Of a DNA stretch of 48,788 nucleotides, positions 44,223 to 48,788 are shown piece by piece. Below the pieces are notes generated by a model. That model ran no database searches, was not told the DNA's origin, and saw nothing but the letters and a program-made list of their open reading frames with translations. Numbering within the stretch: position 1 is the stretch's first letter; each line of letters starts with the position of its first letter. Origin of the DNA: Candidatus Micrarchaeota archaeon (GTDB taxonomy: Archaea; Micrarchaeota; Micrarchaeia; Micrarchaeales; CABMGC01); assembly GCA_046536675.1 (NCBI GenBank), contig JAWDMK010000003.1:1-48788 (forward strand), written 5' to 3'. The position numbers and the translations under genes are program-made.

Positions 44223-47200
44223 ATGTCTTTGGTTATTGTTATATTAGAAGCATTTCTCTCAATAATAGTGCCTGGCTTCTTTCTAGCGCTAGCTCTCCTT
44301 AGAAAAACACATCTTTCAATGTTTGAAATAACAATATTTGGATTTATCTTTGGCTTAATATTTCCTCCCGCACTTGTGTGGCTTGAAAGCTATTTAATAC
44401 CTTATATACACTTCTTTTCATTCTCTGAATCACTTTATAATGCAAACGTAATACTTCTTACAATAATAGGAATAATCCTTTCTTTTCAGCAGGGTGCATT
44501 CAAATTTAGTAAAGAAAAAAGCGAAGAGGCTAAGAGAGAAGAAGATTATAGGAAAAGAATAAGCGATATAAGGGCAGAAATGCGTGAGCTAAATCTTGAG
44601 CTAGAGCTTATCAAAAAACATGAAGAAGAAGAAAAAGCGCTTGAGAGAAAGCACGAGAGCGAAGAAGCAGCAATAAGCAGCATGAGCTCAGAGGAGAGGG
44701 AAAGAATAATTGCTTTGCATAAAAAAGAGGAGAAAGAATTAATAGAGTCGCATGAAGCTGAAGAGAGGCTTATCCTTGAAGCTCACAAAAAAGGTGCCAG
44801 CAAGGAAAAAGCAAACATGAACTATGTCTGGCTCTTCTTGCTTTTCCTTATGCTTCTTACCTTTGCAACAAGAATTGCAAACATAGGTGTAGCTCCAAGG
44901 TATTTTGAGTTTGATCCTTATTTTGATATGATAAGCACAGAATACATACTAACATATGGCTACCAACTGCTATATGATCATTCAGCTTGGCCAACAGTTG
45001 TAAATGGAACTATACATAGGATTCAGCCGATAGTGCCTTATCTAGAGGCTTACTGGTATGATCTTGCAAATACACATCCTGCTAGTGCAACAAGTATTGA
45101 TACAGATTTGCTTAGCCTAGTAAGTGGCTGGTATCCGCCTATAACTGCTGCCCTTCTAGTCTTTGTTGTATTCTTCTTCCTTTATCATGAGTATGGCAAG
45201 TTTCCTGCATTAATAGGTGCAACCCTAACCGCAAGTATGCCCGCACTGGTTACAACATTCATAGCCGGAGAGCAGCTTCTCGAGCCTTGGGGTATATTTG
45301 CAATGTTCTTCTTCTACGCAACATATATAGTTGCGGTAAAGTATATGAAAGAGCCGAGATTTGCTATACTCGCTGGTATAGCGTATGCCTCAACATTCCT
45401 TGGCGCACACTACTATACAGTGAATGCTGGTGTGCTCGCCGCTTATATAATAGCACAAGGCGTTATAAGCGTTATTAGAAACGAAGGTATGAAGGACTTC
45501 TATAAAATGAATTTAATAGTTATTATAGTATTCTCAATATTCTACATTCTTTATGCACCATACTCCGCAACACTTACAGAAAGAACCCCTTCAGTGGTTG
45601 GCATACCTATAATAATCGCATTTCCACTTTTTGCACTAATCTTTGTATTACTGTTAGACTATCTCTCTAGGCTCTATGCAGAAAAACTGGAGAAAAACAG
45701 CTTAGCAATAGCAGTCTTTTCTATACTTTCTCTTTTTGGTGCAGTTGTTCTACTCTTTGAAGCGATACTTGGTAGATTTAAGCGCGATATAAAAGAATTA
45801 TCAAAGTTTAGCATATTTTCTCTTCTTGTATTCTTTGCTTTGCTTCTTGTAATATTCACACCTCTTGGCGTGCCGTTCAAGAAATATATACAATTAAGCA
45901 CCCATTTTGTAACACCATCTATACCACTATTCATGACAGTACAGGAATATGCACCAACAGGCGTTAATTTTAATTTTGGCTCTGCAGGCTTTGGAATTAT
46001 AGGTATTAGCATAGGCGGGGTTAACATTATTGTATGGTCTGTGCTCGCTTTATTTAATATTCTTGAGCTTTTGGCAATTTATTATAGAAATTCAAAAACC
46101 AGCATAATGGCTCTTGCAGCTGTGTGGCCGCTTGCTGTAGCAGGTATGATAGAAGTTAAGTACCTGCCACACTTTGGCGTTGGCTACATAATAGCAATAG
46201 GCGCAATAATTGGTGAATTTATTCTTTACATACAAAACGGCTATAGCTTTAAGCCTAGAAAAGCAGAATACAATCCAAAGGCAATGAAAGCTCTTTATGG
46301 TGTTGCAATTCTTATTGCGCTTTTAGAGGCTACAACGTTTATACCTCTTATCTCTGCAATAGCTAATCCAAACTGTACAAGCATATTAAATAATGGAAAC
46401 GCTGTAGGCTATACTCTGTTCTGCAATCTTGTTCCGAACTATTGGCTCAATGCTGCAGCATGGATGCACGCTAACGTCGGCCCATATGGCCCCAGGATAC
46501 TCTCTTGGTGGGACTATGGCGACTGGATTAACTGGTTCGGCAACAGCAATGCTGTGCTTCGTGGCGATAATGCTGTGGCAACTTTAGATTATGCTGCCGC
46601 AGCGCAATATGTTCTTGGTCCTGCTGATGGCTATGGTGCTAAAGAAATGGCAAGCTTCATGGATAATGTTGTGCATGCAAAATATCTTTTGCTTGACGAT
46701 CAGCTATTGCCAAAGTGGGGTGCTCTAGACTTTTTGGCATGCGTACATGTTAACGAAACAAACATGTCATTTGCAAAAAGCCAAGGTGCGCTCGTAGGCC
46801 AACCATATAGGCTCGGCACCTCAGCATGTGAGCTTAATCATGATCCTGTATATGCAATAATACCTATAGCTCTTAACAATATAAACAACTACTGCATGCT
46901 CAGCAATGCGACTGAACCTATGGTAAAAGCAATACTGCTTCTAGGAAACCAGGTCTATGTAAATGGAACATATTGCATACCAACAAGCCTTTACAATGCG
47001 ACAAAGCCAGTAAACATATACTATTCAAACGGAACAAAGATAAGCAATGCATTTATCGTTCCAAACCAGGAATTCTATTTCGGAACAATAAACCTTTATG
47101 GCCAAACTTATGCAGATTTCATGGTTGTATATACACCAAACGGTCCTAACAATACTGTAACTAATGCACCCACAGAATTTTACAACTCTAATTACTACAG

Positions 47201-47384
47201 GGGCTTCTTCTTCGGCGAGCTCCCAGGCTTTACACGCGTATATCCTAGCAACTTCACAGGAATAAACTATATGAACTCAACAAACCCTGTTGTTATATTA
47301 GCATTAAACAACTACACTGGAGGTTTGCCTTATGTAACGCCAAAGCCAAGCTGGGTGCATAATAACTATAGTATGCCGGGTTAG
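44223..47384 (+). CDS. aglB: Oligosaccharyltransferase AglB/STT3 with N-terminal extension
   Basis: FEFDPYF, TVQE, SWWDYGDWI, D--L-KW motifs; many TM helices; C-terminal soluble domain. Confidence 0.92.
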   Translation: MSLVIVILEAFLSIIVPGFFLALALLRKTHLSMFEITIFGFIFGLIFPPALVWLESYLIPYIHFFSFSESLYNANVILLTIIGIILSFQQGAFKFSKEKSEEAKREEDYRKRISDIRAEMRELNLELELIKKHEEEEKALERKHESEEAAISSMSSEERERIIALHKKEEKELIESHEAEERLILEAHKKGASKEKANMNYVWLFLLFLMLLTFATRIANIGVAPRYFEFDPYFDMISTEYILTYGYQLLYDHSAWPTVVNGTIHRIQPIVPYLEAYWYDLANTHPASATSIDTDLLSLVSGWYPPITAALLVFVVFFFLYHEYGKFPALIGATLTASMPALVTTFIAGEQLLEPWGIFAMFFFYATYIVAVKYMKEPRFAILAGIAYASTFLGAHYYTVNAGVLAAYIIAQGVISVIRNEGMKDFYKMNLIVIIVFSIFYILYAPYSATLTERTPSVVGIPIIIAFPLFALIFVLLLDYLSRLYAEKLEKNSLAIAVFSILSLFGAVVLLFEAILGRFKRDIKELSKFSIFSLLVFFALLLVIFTPLGVPFKKYIQLSTHFVTPSIPLFMTVQEYAPTGVNFNFGSAGFGIIGISIGGVNIIVWSVLALFNILELLAIYYRNSKTSIMALAAVWPLAVAGMIEVKYLPHFGVGYIIAIGAIIGEFILYIQNGYSFKPRKAEYNPKAMKALYGVAILIALLEATTFIPLISAIANPNCTSILNNGNAVGYTLFCNLVPNYWLNAAAWMHANVGPYGPRILSWWDYGDWINWFGNSNAVLRGDNAVATLDYAAAAQYVLGPADGYGAKEMASFMDNVVHAKYLLLDDQLLPKWGALDFLACVHVNETNMSFAKSQGALVGQPYRLGTSACELNHDPVYAIIPIALNNINNYCMLSNATEPMVKAILLLGNQVYVNGTYCIPTSLYNATKPVNIYYSNGTKISNAFIVPNQEFYFGTINLYGQTYADFMVVYTPNGPNNTVTNAPTEFYNSNYYRGFFFGELPGFTRVYPSNFTGINYMNSTNPVVILALNNYTGGLPYVTPKPSWVHNNYSMPG

Positions 47385-47389
47385 ATTGA

Positions 47390-48520
47390 ATGAAGGTATT
47401 AATAGCTCAGCCCTACCTTACTCTAAAGGGTGGAGCAGAAAGGGTAATATTAAAGATAGCAGAGCGATATAAGGCAAAGATATATACAACTGAATTTGAT
47501 CCAAAAGGAACGTTTCCTGAGTTTAAGAATTTTGATGTGGAGATAATAAAGAAGCACATTCCTCTTGCAAGTATATTGCCTTATAGGGCTTCACAGGGGC
47601 TAAGATATGGCTACACTTTCTACAATACTTTGATTAAAGAGGATTATGATGTTATAAATGCGCATATCTCGCCAAGCGAGTGGATAAGGCATAAAAATGA
47701 AAGGGTATTATGGTATTGCCACACACCACCAAGAGAGGTTTATGATTTATATGCAGAGAGAATGAAGAATAGAAGCCCGACAGAAAAATTCATCTACGCT
47801 ACATTCACCAGGTCATATAAGTTTATAGCAGAAGGTATTGTAAAGGAGATAGAGGAAATAGCAACAAACAGCAGGAATACTGCTAGCAGGATAATGCAGT
47901 ATTTCAACAGAGAAGCAACAATAATAAATCCAGCAATAGACTACAACGATTTTAGAAACGAGGGCGACAACAAATATTTTCTATACCCATCAAGGATAAT
48001 ACCAAACAAGAGGCAGGATTATGTTATTAACGCATTTAAGCTTTTTGAAAAGAGAAAGAAAGGTTATAAGCTCATAATAGCGGGTGCATTGTCGAAGGAT
48101 AAAGAGCATATAAATTATTTTGAGAAGCTTAAAAAAATCGCTAGCGAAGGAGTTGAATTTAAGATAAATATAAGCGACAGCGAGCTAAAAAGCCTTTATG
48201 CAAATGCAACTGCTATTCTGTTTGCAGCAATAAATGAAGATTTTGGTTACATACCTCTTGAAGCGGGTGCAAGCTACAAGCCCATAATATCTGTAAATGA
48301 GGGTGGCCCAAGGGAAACTGTATTAAATAATAAAACCGGATTCTTGGTAAATTCAATAGAAGAGATGGCTGAGAAAATGCTCTTCTTGGCAGAGCACCCA
48401 AAAATTGCTGAAGAGATGGGCAAGGCAGCAAGAAAGAGAATAGAGGAAAAGTATTCTTGGGAAAGTTTCTTTAAGAGCTTTGACAAACTAGTAAGAAAAG
48501 TGGCAAAGAAAAAAGAATAA
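47390..48520 (+). CDS. Glycosyltransferase family 4
   Basis: GGAERV, YCHTP-R, SRI-P-KR, EDFGYIPLEA, GGPRETV...TGFL. Confidence 0.93.
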   Translation: MKVLIAQPYLTLKGGAERVILKIAERYKAKIYTTEFDPKGTFPEFKNFDVEIIKKHIPLASILPYRASQGLRYGYTFYNTLIKEDYDVINAHISPSEWIRHKNERVLWYCHTPPREVYDLYAERMKNRSPTEKFIYATFTRSYKFIAEGIVKEIEEIATNSRNTASRIMQYFNREATIINPAIDYNDFRNEGDNKYFLYPSRIIPNKRQDYVINAFKLFEKRKKGYKLIIAGALSKDKEHINYFEKLKKIASEGVEFKINISDSELKSLYANATAILFAAINEDFGYIPLEAGASYKPIISVNEGGPRETVLNNKTGFLVNSIEEMAEKMLFLAEHPKIAEEMGKAARKRIEEKYSWESFFKSFDKLVRKVAKKKE

Positions 48521-48523
48521 TGA

Positions 48524-48788
48524 CTATTTCTCTTTCTCTTCATCTATCACATACTTTGATATAATCTTTGTTGCGTATTCGAGAACCTTTTTTATACCTG
48601 CTTCTGTGCTTGATCCCGTGCAGATTAGCTTGCCGTTCTTGAATAATATTATCACAGCCTTTGGTTCTTTTATTCTAAATATCGCTCCAGGGAACTGCTC
48701 AGGCTCATAGTCAACTTCCTTTACATTCTTTGAGAGCGCATAAAGGTCTATCGTTGCGTGTAGATCTGCGCTTACAACAATATTCTGT
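48524..48788 (-). CDS. tbp: TATA-box binding protein, C-terminal part (start lies outside the window); not in the ORF track
   Basis: Hand translation QNIVVSADL...YEPEQFPGAIFRIKEPKAVIILFKNGKLICTG...EKEK-stop. Confidence 0.95.
   Translation of the reverse strand, partial: QNIVVSADLHATIDLYALSKNVKEVDYEPEQFPGAIFRIKEPKAVIILFKNGKLICTGSSTEAGIKKVLEYATKIISKYVIDEEKEK

Overview
AT-rich, gene-dense archaeal chromosome segment, most likely Micrarchaeota (DPANN/ARMAN-like). The assignment rests on a three-unit (epsilon-type) tRNA splicing endonuclease together with gyrase, a histone and reduced conserved operons. Content is mostly housekeeping: tmk/dcd, endA, taw1, dph5, radA, a GINS-L44e-aIF2alpha-PAC2 operon, TFE, an HD hydrolase, an ArcE-like arginine synthetase, gyrBA, Lhr, prefoldin beta, DHH, Mre11, acdAB, beta-CASP, SSB, PadR, cdc6 heading the RNase P/proteasome/exosome superoperon, histone, trxA, hisS, GGR, aglB, GT4 and a partial TBP. 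There are four tRNA genes (Glu partial, Gly with an 11-nt intron, iMet, Lys). No CRISPR array, transposase or integrase was seen. Main unannotated signals: (1) a box C/D guide RNA predicted to direct Cm34 on tRNA-Leu(CAA), ending 4 nt before the start codon of a divergent histone; (2) an ORB-like inverted pair around an AT-rich core next to GINS; (3) an orphan GC-rich structured RNA candidate upstream of radA; (4) AglB with a His-periodic charged insertion; (5) TFE with an H1-like basic tail; (6) a tail-anchored tandem winged-helix protein. All calls come from motif recognition by eye; no database search was run.
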